NCBI GenBank assembly: GCA_049966995.1
Contig: JBMFTN010000001.1
Location: 1-54,705 of the forward strand
Reading direction: 5' to 3'
Source of the DNA: Candidatus Micrarchaeia archaeon
GTDB lineage: Archaea > Micrarchaeota > Micrarchaeia > Micrarchaeales > Micrarchaeaceae
Length of the DNA stretch: 54,705 nucleotides
In this document: positions 10,662 through 20,318 of the stretch, one piece after another
How positions within the stretch are numbered: position 1 is the stretch's first letter
Layout: each line of letters starts with the position of its first letter
Program-made: the position numbers and the translations under genes
Notes under the pieces: generated by a model
What the model was told of the DNA's origin: nothing
The model's database searches: none
The model's input: only the letters and a program-made list of their open reading frames with translations

Positions 10662-12128
10662 TTAATCAGATTTTTCAACTAGCTTTAGCTCTTTAAGCTT
10701 GTCAAGGAGAACTTTTTCCTCGGCTCCCACTGTCACTTTTGCCATTAGTGCAAGATATCTGGTAAGGCCAACCTCTACTCCTTCTGGGGTTTCGCTTGGG
10801 CACAATTTATTTACATGCGTGCCGTGTACATCTCTTGCTTTAAAATGAGGGTGCTTCTTTGCAAGCGGTGATTTTATCCTTCTAAGATGCGCTAGCATCG
10901 TAGCCACATTCGTCCTCTCGAGAACTTGAGAAACACCTGTCTGGCCTGCAGGCCATGAACCTGTGCCCATTGAATAGAGGAGCTTTTCTGTAAGTGTGTC
11001 AGGATTTATGTTTGTTCTTACAGATAGCCTCCTACCCCTTGCTGTGGTCCTTTCAACATGATATCTGATATCTTTGACAAAAAACTTGAAAGCGTTATTA
11101 AATAGCTCTTCCATCAATTCGCCTGCAAGCTTTATGCGCTTATTCATGTAGTGATCTCGGTCATCTGGCTTGATATAGCCTAGGCCAACCATTGTTGCTT
11201 TTTCAGCCATCTTAAGCAGAAAATACGCTTTTTCTTTTCTTTCTTCAGGGCTTATTCCGATATGTGGCAGTATATACGTATCAAGCTGGGTTTCAGCTCT
11301 TTTCTTTCTATACTCTTTTGCCTGGTTTGGTGCTACAATCTTACCTATCTCCATCAATGCATCTGCAGTACCAAGGTCTTTGGCAGCGCTTATGTCTATA
11401 TTAAGAGTAAGGTCATTCTTGATATCCTTATTTTTACTAAACTTTAGTATATCTTCATTTGACAGACCCAACGCCTTTAATATAAGAACAAAATCAGTAC
11501 CCTTTGCTACTGTTGGAAATGAAAGAGAGTATATTCCATATTCATCCCTTGATACACTGCACCTTGCCCTAAAATTCAAAGTAGTTGAAAAAACCTTGCT
11601 TACGGTCTCGCCTTTTTCTTTCGTTACTATAATCCTATTTGGGGCCAGATCTTCGATTCCTATGAGAACCCTTTCTGTGCCTTTTATTATAAAGTAGCCA
11701 CCATAGTCGTAAGGATCTTCGCCATCGCTCAAAAGCTGCTGAGTGGACATATTGCGCGTATAGCATAAATCGCTCTTTACCATGACTGGAAGTTCACCGA
11801 CAAAAACCTCCCCTGCCGCATCTGCTTTCTCTATTCCGCTTATTATTGGTACATATGTTATGTACATCGGCGCAGAATAAGTAAGATTTCTTTCTAGAGC
11901 TTCGTGGGGCAGTATCTTCTTCATTGAGCTGTCTGATTCTATCACTCTTGGCTGCTCAAGCCTTATCCCGGTAAGCTTTATTGCAAAGTTTGGGACATCC
12001 GGCTGTATAATACTGTTAGCCTCTAGAACCTTTTGGATACCAATTCTTACAAATCGATTATAACTCTCTATCTGCTGTTGAACCATTGATGTGTTATTTA
12101 GATAAGACTCCAGCAAATAATGATCCAT
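10662..12128 (-). CDS. rpoB2: DNA-directed RNA polymerase subunit B'' (N-terminal part of split RpoB)
   Basis: N-terminal RpoB/Rpb2 lobe and protrusion sequences (QQIESYNRF, GYFIIKGTERVLI, CPSETPEG). It sits immediately upstream of B'. Confidence 0.95.
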   Translation of the reverse strand: MDHYLLESYLNNTSMVQQQIESYNRFVRIGIQKVLEANSIIQPDVPNFAIKLTGIRLEQPRVIESDSSMKKILPHEALERNLTYSAPMYITYVPIISGIEKADAAGEVFVGELPVMVKSDLCYTRNMSTQQLLSDGEDPYDYGGYFIIKGTERVLIGIEDLAPNRIIVTKEKGETVSKVFSTTLNFRARCSVSRDEYGIYSLSFPTVAKGTDFVLILKALGLSNEDILKFSKNKDIKNDLTLNIDISAAKDLGTADALMEIGKIVAPNQAKEYRKKRAETQLDTYILPHIGISPEERKEKAYFLLKMAEKATMVGLGYIKPDDRDHYMNKRIKLAGELMEELFNNAFKFFVKDIRYHVERTTARGRRLSVRTNINPDTLTEKLLYSMGTGSWPAGQTGVSQVLERTNVATMLAHLRRIKSPLAKKHPHFKARDVHGTHVNKLCPSETPEGVEVGLTRYLALMAKVTVGAEEKVLLDKLKELKLVEKSD

Positions 12129-12185
12129 TTTATCACTTTAAACATTGGCAGTACATTCTTAACACTGATTTGGTTAAGAGAACAA

Positions 12186-12413
12186 TTAACCCTTTACAAC
12201 AAGCCTGTAATAGATATACTTGCCAGTCGGATCTACTCTGTGAATTTCTATCAAATCTCCAACCTTCGCATTTATCTTCTTGACCTGGGGATCGCTTTCT
12301 AGTATCTTTGGAAATTTGTCGAGAGTCGTATTGAAGCGTTTCGCAATCTTTTTGGCCTCGCTATTGCTAACTATAGTATGCTTCGGTATAAGGTCCATAG
12401 GTATAGGAACCAA
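12186..12413 (-). CDS. rpoH: DNA-directed RNA polymerase subunit H (Rpb5 C-terminal homologue)
   Basis: 75 aa with LIPKHTIVS...FPKILESDPQ...GDLIEIHR...YYRLVV. It is the first gene of the rpo operon. Confidence 0.9.
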   Translation of the reverse strand: MVPIPMDLIPKHTIVSNSEAKKIAKRFNTTLDKFPKILESDPQVKKINAKVGDLIEIHRVDPTGKYIYYRLVVKG

Positions 12414-12624
12414 TCGCTCACCAAAAAAATAACCACTAGCTTTAAAGGGTCTAATAATTAAGGAAACAAAACAAATAAATACTTAATGTTTTTTGGGTAT
12501 GTAATTTAATCTACGCAATTATATTGGATTTTTTATAAATGCATTTTATTTGACTAGAGTACACTTTATTTAACAGGCATTTTGGAATGCTTTGGAAAAA
12601 CTAAACCTTTTGAAAAAACAAACG

Positions 12625-12636
12625 TTTTTATATTTA
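12625..12636 (+). promoter_or_regulatory. candidate TATA box (TTTTTATATTTA) with purine-rich BRE-like flank
   Basis: AAACGTTTTTATATTTAA lies about 60-70 nt upstream of the ATG at 12695, inside the long rpoH/cdc48 divergent spacer. Confidence 0.3.
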
Positions 12637-12694
12637 ATTGAAAAGAATAGAATAGACCCTTGGAAAGCATAACATGTTTTGCTATTGGGTTAAA

Positions 12695-12820
12695 ATGGTG
12701 ATACATATGATACCATACGAAGCAAAAAAGTCAAGCGATGATGAAGACGAAGAGGATGAGGAGGAAGAAGAAGACGACGAAGACGGAGACGACGATTTGG
12801 ACGAAGAAGATGAGTACTAA
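12695..12820 (+). CDS. small hyper-acidic protein (41 aa; 37 aa if started at ATG 12707)
   Basis: Hand translation: MVIHMIPYEAKKSSDDEDEEDEEEEEDDEDGDDDLDEEDEY*. It is below the ORF-track size cutoff. A TATA-like element lies upstream and an 18-nt T-tract downstream. Local GC is higher than in the flanking spacer. Confidence 0.4.
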   Translation: MVIHMIPYEAKKSSDDEDEEDEEEEEDDEDGDDDLDEEDEY

Positions 12821-12840
12821 AAACTTGAGAAACAAAAAGA

Positions 12841-12858
12841 TTTTTGCTTTTTTATTTT
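12841..12858 (+). terminator. oligo-T tract (TTTTTGCTTTTTTATTTT), candidate archaeal intrinsic terminator
   Basis: T-run 21 nt after the stop of the acidic ORF. Archaeal RNAP terminates at oligo-T stretches. Confidence 0.3.
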
Positions 12859-13041
12859 AACTTGAGAAATAATTTCCCTATTGCTTTTGATGTGCTTCTC
12901 TATCTCTCTTGATTATTTATTTGCTTGGCCTCAGTTTTAATCAGAAAGATATATAAATGTGAGAATATTATAAATATTTAAGTTAGCTTTTTATTTGCAT
13001 ATTTTGCTTTTTAATGATATTTAGTGATATTTGGTGTTATT

Positions 13042-15198
13042 ATGACTGAGGGAATAGAATTAACTGTTGCGGTCTCACTAGTACCTGATGATGGTAGGAG
13101 CATTGCAAGGATAGATTCAAAAGCGCGCAAACTATTGAATGTTATCTCCGGGGACATAATCGAAATAAAAGGGAAACGCAAATCTACAGCTGCAATTGTG
13201 TGGCAAGCCCACCAAGAGGATGAAGGCCTGGATTTTATAAGAATAGATGGATATATTAGACAGAATGTCGGTGTAGGCATTGGCGATAGAGTTTTTGTTA
13301 CAAAAGCGGATGTGAAAGAAGCAGAAAAAGTGATCCTTGCACCTCCAGCAAATCAGAGGACACCTATGTCTCCAGACTTCTCGGAGTATGCAAAAAACAG
13401 GCTTGAAGACAAACCATTGGTTAAAGGAGACGTAGTACCAATTGCAATGTTTGGCTTTGCGTTTAATTTTGTAGTAGTACAGGTTATTCCACATGGAGTT
13501 GTTAAGGTTACAAGAAATACGGATGTCGTAGTAAAGACAGAGCCTGTTTCTGATACAACAATAAAAATAGGGGATGTCCACTATGAGGATATAGGCGGCA
13601 TAAAAAATGAGATTCAGAAGATAAGGGAGATGGTAGAGCTGCCAATAAGATATCCAGAGCTTTTTGAGAGATTAGGCATAGAACCACCAAAAGGGGTCCT
13701 GCTCTATGGCGCGCCAGGCACCGGAAAGACGTTGCTTGCAAAAGCAGTAGCAAATGAAAGCGATGCCCACTTCATTGATATATCGGGGCCTGAATTAGTA
13801 AGCAAATTCGTTGGAGAAAGCGAAGAGAGACTTAGAGAGATTTTCAACGAAGCAAAGCAGAAAGCACCAACAATAATTTTCATGGATGAAATTGATGCTA
13901 TAGCCCCAAAAAGAGAAGAAGCAACTAATGAAGTAGAAAGGAGGATGGTTTCACAACTTTTAACACTTATGGATGGAATTTCTTCAAGAGGCCAGGTCAT
14001 TGTAATAGGCGCAACTAACAGGCCAAATGCAATTGATCCGGCTCTTAGAAGGCCTGGGAGGTTTGACAGGGAAATAGAGATTGGCGTGCCAGACAGAAAT
14101 GCTAGAAAGGAGATAGTGCAGATCCATACAAAAAATATGCCTTTGGCAAAAGATGTCGACATTGATGAACTTGCAAATGTAACTCACGGATATACTGGAG
14201 CGGATATTGCTGCGCTATGCAGAGAAGCGGCAATGGCGGAGTTACGCCATTTATTGCCAACAATAATAAACAAAAAGAGCATACCAAATGAAGTCCTAGC
14301 AAACTTAAATGTCACGAGAAGCGATTTCATGGAAGCTCTTACCCTCATACAACCAAGCGCATTGAGGGAAGTCTTCGTAGAAAGGCCAAACGTACACTGG
14401 AGTGATGTTGGCGGCTTGGAGGATGTTAAGCAACAGCTGAAAGAAGCAGTAGAATTGCCTGTAAAGCATCCGGAAGCATTCGAAAAAATAGGGATAAGGC
14501 CTGTAAAGGGGATACTGCTTGTAGGCGCGCCAGGCACCGGAAAGACGTTGCTTGCAAAAGCAGTTGCTACTGAAAGAGAATCGAACTTCATATCCATAAA
14601 AGGACCAGAACTTCTAAGCAAGTATGTTGGAGAAAGCGAAAAGGCGGTGAGGGAAATATTTAGGAAAGCAAAGCAGGCCGCACCTTGTATAATTTTCATT
14701 GATGAGATTGATGCAATAGCGACAGTAAGAGATTCAGGAGATAACGACTCGCTTGTAACAGAGAGAGTAGTGGACACGCTATTGACAGAATTTGATGGAT
14801 TGGGAGAGCTAAAAAATGTTGTCGTGCTTGCCGCGACAAACAGACCAGATATGATTGATCCAGCACTCCTTAGGCCGGGAAGGTTTGATAAGATAATAGA
14901 GATACCGCTTCCAGATGAAGCAGCAAGATACGAGATATTCAAAGTGCATACTAGGAAAATGCCGCTCGACAAGGACGTAAAACTTGAAGAACTTGCAAAA
15001 AATAGTGAGAATTACACAGGTGCAGAGATAGAGAACATCGTAAGAGAAGCTGGCATGAGTGCAATAAGAGCAAACAGAGACAAGGTAAACAAGCACGATT
15101 TCGAATTTGCAATACAGGAAGTCAAACCGGCAATACCAAAGGAACTTGCGGATAGGATAAAACGTTTTAAGGAAGAGCCCGAAAATATGTATAGATAA
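13042..15198 (+). CDS. cdc48: Cdc48/VCP/p97-type AAA+ ATPase (two AAA domains)
   Basis: N-domain ([21 protein letters not shown]), two Walker A motifs [15 protein letters not shown], two Walker B motifs (FMDEID / FIDEID), and a C-terminal HbYX-like tail (MYR). ATG 13042 is preferred over the upstream GTG 13024 in the track. Confidence 0.95.
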   Translation: MTEGIELTVAVSLVPDDGRSIARIDSKARKLLNVISGDIIEIKGKRKSTAAIVWQAHQEDEGLDFIRIDGYIRQNVGVGIGDRVFVTKADVKEAEKVILAPPANQRTPMSPDFSEYAKNRLEDKPLVKGDVVPIAMFGFAFNFVVVQVIPHGVVKVTRNTDVVVKTEPVSDTTIKIGDVHYEDIGGIKNEIQKIREMVELPIRYPELFERLGIEPPKGVLLYGAPGTGKTLLAKAVANESDAHFIDISGPELVSKFVGESEERLREIFNEAKQKAPTIIFMDEIDAIAPKREEATNEVERRMVSQLLTLMDGISSRGQVIVIGATNRPNAIDPALRRPGRFDREIEIGVPDRNARKEIVQIHTKNMPLAKDVDIDELANVTHGYTGADIAALCREAAMAELRHLLPTIINKKSIPNEVLANLNVTRSDFMEALTLIQPSALREVFVERPNVHWSDVGGLEDVKQQLKEAVELPVKHPEAFEKIGIRPVKGILLVGAPGTGKTLLAKAVATERESNFISIKGPELLSKYVGESEKAVREIFRKAKQAAPCIIFIDEIDAIATVRDSGDNDSLVTERVVDTLLTEFDGLGELKNVVVLAATNRPDMIDPALLRPGRFDKIIEIPLPDEAARYEIFKVHTRKMPLDKDVKLEELAKNSENYTGAEIENIVREAGMSAIRANRDKVNKHDFEFAIQEVKPAIPKELADRIKRFKEEPENMYR

Positions 15199-15223
15199 AA
15201 AGTATAATTAAAAAGATGGTAAA

Positions 15224-15604
15224 ATGAAAATTGTGTATTCAGATCCAAAAACAGGCAAAAGCGCCCAGATGGAACTTCCTGAAGATAAAGTAGCGATACT
15301 TACGAACTTCAAAATAGGGGATGTTTTAGATGGCGCATTGATAGACCTTAATGGCTACAAGTTCAAGATTACAGGAGGCAGCGACAGCAGCGGATTTCCC
15401 CTTGTGAAGGGTATACAAGGCACTGGCAAAGTTAAATCTCTCAAGCTGGTGAGCGTTAGGGGCAGGCATAGCGGCGAACACAGGCGCAGCACGGTAAGAG
15501 GCAACACAATAGCACCTGGCATAGCCCAGATCAATATGGCTATTGTGGAATATGGCGAGAAACCTTTGGAAGAGCTCTTCCCCAAGAAAGAGGCAAAACA
15601 ATGA
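15224..15604 (+). CDS. rps6e: 30S ribosomal protein S6e
   Basis: MKIVYSDPKTGKS...GYKFKITGGSDSSGFP...RRSTVRG is the typical archaeal eS6 pattern. Confidence 0.9.
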   Translation: MKIVYSDPKTGKSAQMELPEDKVAILTNFKIGDVLDGALIDLNGYKFKITGGSDSSGFPLVKGIQGTGKVKSLKLVSVRGRHSGEHRRSTVRGNTIAPGIAQINMAIVEYGEKPLEELFPKKEAKQ

Positions 15605-16821
15605 GTGGTAATGTGTCTGACATGATGCACAGTGTACTGAATATTGGTACCTTAGGGCACATAGACCATGGCAAAACTTCTATAACAAGGGCAATAACAC
15701 ACGTTTGGACAGACAAGCACAGCGAGAGCATAAAAAGGAATATGACAATTAAATTGGGGTATGCCGACGCTATAATAAGGAAATGCGAATGCGATGGAAC
15801 TATTTACACAACTGAGGAGAAGTGCCCAAAATGCGGCTCTGAAACGAAACCAGTTATGCGCATATCTATACTGGATTCGCCCGGGCATGAAACGCTTATG
15901 GCAACAGCGATATCGGCTAGCAGCTTAATCGATGGAATAATATTTGTAATTGCAGCTAATGAGCCGTGCCCAATGCAGCAGACAAAAGAGCACTTGATGA
16001 TAATTAATATACTTGGTATAAAAAATGTAATTATTGCTCAAACAAAGATAGATATTGTAGGAAAAGATGCTGCACAAGCGCACTATCAGCAGATAAAAAA
16101 CTTTATAAAAGGCAGCATTATAGAGGATGCCCCTATTGTACCTGTAATTGCAAATCTTAATATAAACATTGATGTATTGCTTGAAAAAATTACCAATATG
16201 GAAATACCTAAAAGAGACACCAGCTCCGACCCACTGCTTTATGTTGCACGCTCTTTTGATATCAATAAACCAGGCTCGGATGTAAGCAAGATAAAAGGAG
16301 GGATTATAGGAGGCTCTCTTATAAGAGGGGTTATTCATAAAGATGACAAAATTGAGATACGGCCAGGCATCAAGCTTGTCAAAACTAAGCGTGAGACCTA
16401 TGAGCCGATAATAACAATTGCAAAAGAGCTAAGCAACGGAACGGACAAAATCGATGTTGCACTGCCAGGGGGGCTTATAGGCATTGAAACCGAAATAGAC
16501 CCGACTTTTACAAAAGCTGATGGCTTGGTGGGAAACGTAGTGGGGCTTGTGGGAAAACTTCCACCCGTACTAAATAGCATTTCGCTTAATTACACAAAGC
16601 TTAACAGAAACGATATCCCAGAACAGGTCATAGGCGTAAATGAGCCACTGATATTGGGAGTGGGAACAAATACAACAATAGGCTATGTTCAGAAAGCCAA
16701 AAAGAACAATATAGAAGTTACATTAAAGCATCCGGTCTGTGCAGAAAAAGGCATGCGTATAGCGATAATGAGGAACATTGGTAAAAGATGGCGCCTCACA
16801 GGATATGGCATTATTTCCTAA
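15601..16821 (+). CDS. eif2g: translation initiation factor 2 subunit gamma
   Basis: GTPase motifs GHIDHGKTS, DSPGHE and QTKID, with the zinc-ribbon insertion CECDG...CPKCG. It overlaps rps6e by 4 nt. Confidence 0.9.
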   Translation: MSGNVSDMMHSVLNIGTLGHIDHGKTSITRAITHVWTDKHSESIKRNMTIKLGYADAIIRKCECDGTIYTTEEKCPKCGSETKPVMRISILDSPGHETLMATAISASSLIDGIIFVIAANEPCPMQQTKEHLMIINILGIKNVIIAQTKIDIVGKDAAQAHYQQIKNFIKGSIIEDAPIVPVIANLNINIDVLLEKITNMEIPKRDTSSDPLLYVARSFDINKPGSDVSKIKGGIIGGSLIRGVIHKDDKIEIRPGIKLVKTKRETYEPIITIAKELSNGTDKIDVALPGGLIGIETEIDPTFTKADGLVGNVVGLVGKLPPVLNSISLNYTKLNRNDIPEQVIGVNEPLILGVGTNTTIGYVQKAKKNNIEVTLKHPVCAEKGMRIAIMRNIGKRWRLTGYGIIS

Positions 16822-16835
16822 CGTAGCATAAATAT

Positions 16836-17258
16836 ATGGGTAATTCAATGACTAACACAGATATTTTAAAAATGGTGGACCATAGGATTATCGGAGTAAA
16901 CCTGAACACCAAACTAAGCACAGTAATAACATTGATGAAAAATATGAATGTAGAGATAATACCGATCATGGAAGGAAAAAAACTTGTGGGCATACTAAAT
17001 GACAGACGTGTTGCAGAATATACTAAAAGAGCAGATATGGATCTTTACAAAGTTAAGGCCGGAGACATAATGGCGAAACCCCTTTTTGTAAAATCTACTG
17101 ATTCCGTAAATAGCGTACTTGACTATTTCATAAAAAACAGGATATCTAGGGTACCAGTCGTAAATAATGAAAAAGATATGGAGTGCGTAGGGGTAATAAG
17201 TGCTACAGAAGTGCTAGAATTCAAGATGAAAGAAAGCAAAAAACTGCATTTAAAATAA
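16836..17258 (+). CDS. CBS-domain pair protein
   Basis: 140 aa with two CBS-like repeats (IPIMEGKKLVGILNDRRV; ISRVPVVNNEKDMECVGVISATEVL). Confidence 0.75.
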   Translation: MGNSMTNTDILKMVDHRIIGVNLNTKLSTVITLMKNMNVEIIPIMEGKKLVGILNDRRVAEYTKRADMDLYKVKAGDIMAKPLFVKSTDSVNSVLDYFIKNRISRVPVVNNEKDMECVGVISATEVLEFKMKESKKLHLK

Positions 17259-17304
17259 AAGCGTTAAATAAAAAGAGCGGAAATGTCCGCCAACAAGGTT
17301 ATGC

Positions 17305-17601
17305 TTATTTTGTAAGAGTTATCTGAATGGCACTTACCTTTGATTTTGTACCATCTTCATTTGTCAGCTCTTCTGAGGAAGTTCTTATGCTCTTCTCTTT
17401 TACATCAGGCAAGAATCTGTTCAGCACTATTTCCTTTACATCTACAGCTCTTGATATTGCGTTGCCTCTTGCCTTTATTGTTACCTCATGCTGACCGCCG
17501 TTGAATTGCGTTACTACTGCGAGTACGTAGTTCATTGTGGGCTTTTTGCCTATATATATTATATTCTCGTTTTTTTGCTCCTCGTTTTGTTCCCCGTTCA
17601 T
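17305..17601 (-). CDS. albA: DNA/RNA-binding protein Alba
   Basis: [21 protein letters not shown]...[20 protein letters not shown] is the Alba/Sac10b signature. Confidence 0.9.
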   Translation of the reverse strand: MNGEQNEEQKNENIIYIGKKPTMNYVLAVVTQFNGGQHEVTIKARGNAISRAVDVKEIVLNRFLPDVKEKSIRTSSEELTNEDGTKSKVSAIQITLTK

Positions 17602-17764
17602 GTGATCACTTAGTTTAGTTAATAGCGCAATATCTGATGTTCATTCAGTATGGTACATTAAATGTTTAAACTGATTATGCAGCAAAATCATGTTAGAAAT
17701 AATTTTATTATATAATATATGCAAAAAGGTATATATATGTTTGGACCTTCTTCAGTTTATTAAC

Positions 17765-18658
17765 TCATTTTGATTTGGTTTTGCTCGCCAGCTTCTTTAT
17801 ATTTAACAGTTCCTTGTCTGGATTCACATTAAGGCCCAGCTCCTTAAGAGTCTGGAATGGGTACACAATTGCGATGTCCCTAAGTAGCTTTACCTCTTCT
17901 ACTATGCCTATTTCTTTAGCTACATCCATATTAAAGTCTATAGTTTGCAATACTCTTAACGCGATATCTCTTGTAAGATTGATCACTTCTTCGTCCGGCA
18001 ACTGCTTCTCCTTTATGACTTTTTTTGCTTCTTCATAACCATCTTTTGAATAATCCTCATTTTTAGAGAAGACCTTTCCAAATGCCCTCATGTATTCTGG
18101 GGACACTGAATAAAAAACTTTATAAAGAATCAGCCCAAAAGCTTCGGCATATGCATCTCTTAGAACAATGTTAACTGCAATTAGCCTTTTTTGCCATGTG
18201 TCTAAGGATTCTATATACTCGAAAAGCTTGATGATGCGTGGATCTGGCTCATTGACCTTGTATCCGAGGCCCTCTATGAGGTTCTTAATTGCAACTGCAT
18301 GCTTTGCTTCTGCCAATGAAAACTGTTCTGCATATTCATTGAATTTCTTATCATAACCAATAGGGCTTGATACCCATTTCTTTGCAACTTTTGACATCAG
18401 GTCCTGCTCGTAGAATATTGCATTCAATATACGCATCAAAGAGCTTATCTTGAGCTTTAAGCCGTTAGGCAGCACCACATAATCGCTTGTTACTGCTCCT
18501 TTCTTGCGCTTTGTTTCTATAAAGCTCATTGCAAACTTTATAGTTCGCATTGGGTTGCGCCGAGCATACCTAATGGCATAGGGAGTTATCCAAGAGGGTA
18601 TGTTATACTTTTTTAACATAGTATTTACTATAGTATCTACTCCTTTCAACTCATACAC
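17765..18658 (-). CDS. hypothetical all-helical protein (possible ferritin-like four-helix bundle)
   Basis: 297-aa ORF with good coding character. An ExxH-like element (AEAKH) and acidic helices give only weak support for a di-iron fold. Confidence 0.45.
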   Translation of the reverse strand: MYELKGVDTIVNTMLKKYNIPSWITPYAIRYARRNPMRTIKFAMSFIETKRKKGAVTSDYVVLPNGLKLKISSLMRILNAIFYEQDLMSKVAKKWVSSPIGYDKKFNEYAEQFSLAEAKHAVAIKNLIEGLGYKVNEPDPRIIKLFEYIESLDTWQKRLIAVNIVLRDAYAEAFGLILYKVFYSVSPEYMRAFGKVFSKNEDYSKDGYEEAKKVIKEKQLPDEEVINLTRDIALRVLQTIDFNMDVAKEIGIVEEVKLLRDIAIVYPFQTLKELGLNVNPDKELLNIKKLASKTKSK

Positions 18659-18707
18659 CTGTTTATGTACCTAACGTGAATACTATAAAATTATATCTAT
18701 TTTTGTT

Positions 18708-20309
18708 TTACTTTGCTTCTTTTTTTGCCTTCTTCTTTGAAATGGCCCTCTTATACCCATAGAATACCATTGCCGCTATTACTATTATTACAATTATTGA
18801 GTTGGCAAGCGAATTGTATTCCGAGCCTGCATTTGAGCTGACAGATGCAAAATAGTTTTCAGAAGCTGAAAACTCTTGGGTGAGTCCCCCATTTGATTGC
18901 CTCCACTGCTCGTATATTGCAACAGGATATGCGCCACTCTTTGCTTGCGTATCGATGCTTACATAGAAAGTTGCATTCACTTCTTGGCCGGGCGCTATGT
19001 TGTTTATGTACACATTTGGAGTAATTGGGGTTATGGGATACACTGTTTGCAATGAAAAAGAAACCTGCTGTGCATCTTCATTTCCAATGTTTTTAATATG
19101 GAATGTCAACGGAGCATATGAAGCTCCCGGGTTGAGGATGCCTTCTTCGCTTGTTATGTTGAAATCTGCTATGTTTTGCAATTGAAGTGGGATATATTTT
19201 AGGATTGCTGTTGCATTTTTATAGTTTGAACTTTCATAAGAGATTTTTATTGGAAGATAGTAAATGCTGCCATTAAGGTTTCGGTTTGCGCTAACGTAAA
19301 GCTGCTCGGGAACTGAAGCGCCAGGAGGTAGCTGACTTATAAAGAAGCTTGATATGCTACCAAGGCTCAAATCGCTTGTATTATAAAATGACACAGTTAC
19401 ATTTTTTGCCAAACCTTCTCCAGTATTTTCTATTTCAAACTGCAAGGTCTGATTGCCTCCTGCATAAAGCATTTGAGGGTATGCGCTAGATACAACTGCC
19501 ACAACATTTGGCTTTTCTATTGCTACATTTAGCAAGATGCTTTCGTTCCTTGTTATTATTGCACCAAATTGATTTGTATATGAAACAGTCATATTTATCT
19601 TGTAAGTGCCTCCGGAGATATTCTGACTCGGCAATAACATTACCGCAAATTGGTTTTCACCGCTTGCCGGCAAATTACCAATGTTGAATTTTGATGGACC
19701 TATGACCCTAAAAAAGCCAGTTGAATTAACAGCTATGCTAATATTTTGGGCTGGACCGCTGCCGCCATTGGTTGCCACTACATTAAGGTTAAAGTTTTGA
19801 CCAGGGGTTATCTCAACAGGGCTAGCGCTTAAGTCTATGTTTGCAGGGCCGTATACATAAAAGCTAATGGGCATCTCCGACTGAGCAGGTACATCAATGC
19901 TGCTAGTGCCTTCTGTCTGTGTAGTTTCGTAAGTCGCAAGAACATCTATAGTATATTCACCTGATGGGAGAGTAGACGGAATATGGAAAGTATATACAAA
20001 TCGATTGTAGCCTATACCCCCATATAAACCAGTACCTATCACATTTATTAGGTATGTGTATGCTGGCGAAACATTAATAAGTTGATTCTGCGAAACCAGT
20101 TGAAGATTCACGTTTTTCAGGTTTCCGGAATAACTATTATAAAGCTGGAAAGTTATGTTTATGTTGCTGCCCGAAACAACTGGCTGGGGGTATATGCCTA
20201 CGTTTACAAGAGATAGTGCGCCGTCTGCTGCATTTGCCACTGCTTGTGCCCCTGATATCTGTATTACTATTGATATAAGCAAGGTTATGGCCAATAATAT
20301 TTTTTTCAT
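18708..20309 (-). CDS. secreted CARDB/COG1361-like multi-beta-sandwich surface protein with C-terminal TM anchor
   Basis: N-terminal signal peptide (MKKILLAITLLISIVIQISGAQA), about five repeated ~100-aa Asn/Ser/Thr-rich modules, and a C-terminal hydrophobic helix plus KKKAKKEAK tail. It sits downstream of the ABC-2 transporter genes, a common archaeal arrangement. Confidence 0.6.
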   Translation of the reverse strand: MKKILLAITLLISIVIQISGAQAVANAADGALSLVNVGIYPQPVVSGSNINITFQLYNSYSGNLKNVNLQLVSQNQLINVSPAYTYLINVIGTGLYGGIGYNRFVYTFHIPSTLPSGEYTIDVLATYETTQTEGTSSIDVPAQSEMPISFYVYGPANIDLSASPVEITPGQNFNLNVVATNGGSGPAQNISIAVNSTGFFRVIGPSKFNIGNLPASGENQFAVMLLPSQNISGGTYKINMTVSYTNQFGAIITRNESILLNVAIEKPNVVAVVSSAYPQMLYAGGNQTLQFEIENTGEGLAKNVTVSFYNTSDLSLGSISSFFISQLPPGASVPEQLYVSANRNLNGSIYYLPIKISYESSNYKNATAILKYIPLQLQNIADFNITSEEGILNPGASYAPLTFHIKNIGNEDAQQVSFSLQTVYPITPITPNVYINNIAPGQEVNATFYVSIDTQAKSGAYPVAIYEQWRQSNGGLTQEFSASENYFASVSSNAGSEYNSLANSIIVIIVIAAMVFYGYKRAISKKKAKKEAK

Positions 20310-20318
20310 TTATATCAC

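Noticed and set aside
12719-12817. The GA-rich tract read as a purely non-coding purine-rich or structural repeat
   Set aside because: This is not fully rejected. The reading frame stays open from an ATG to a stop that is flanked by promoter- and terminator-like signals, so I kept the coding interpretation as a low-confidence feature.
14184-14972. 262-aa ORF antisense to cdc48, plus several shorter antisense ORFs between 13011 and 15248
   Set aside because: It lies entirely inside the strongly supported Cdc48 frame. Its Ser/Leu-rich low-complexity translation is typical of the antisense strand of a GAA/AAG-rich gene, and it has no motifs.
17630-17685. Possible C/D-box sRNA in the alba upstream spacer (CTGATGT ... 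CTGA about 50 nt apart)
   Set aside because: The C box does not match RUGAUGA. There are no internal D'/C' boxes at the expected spacing and no terminal stem, so this is most likely chance in AT-rich DNA.
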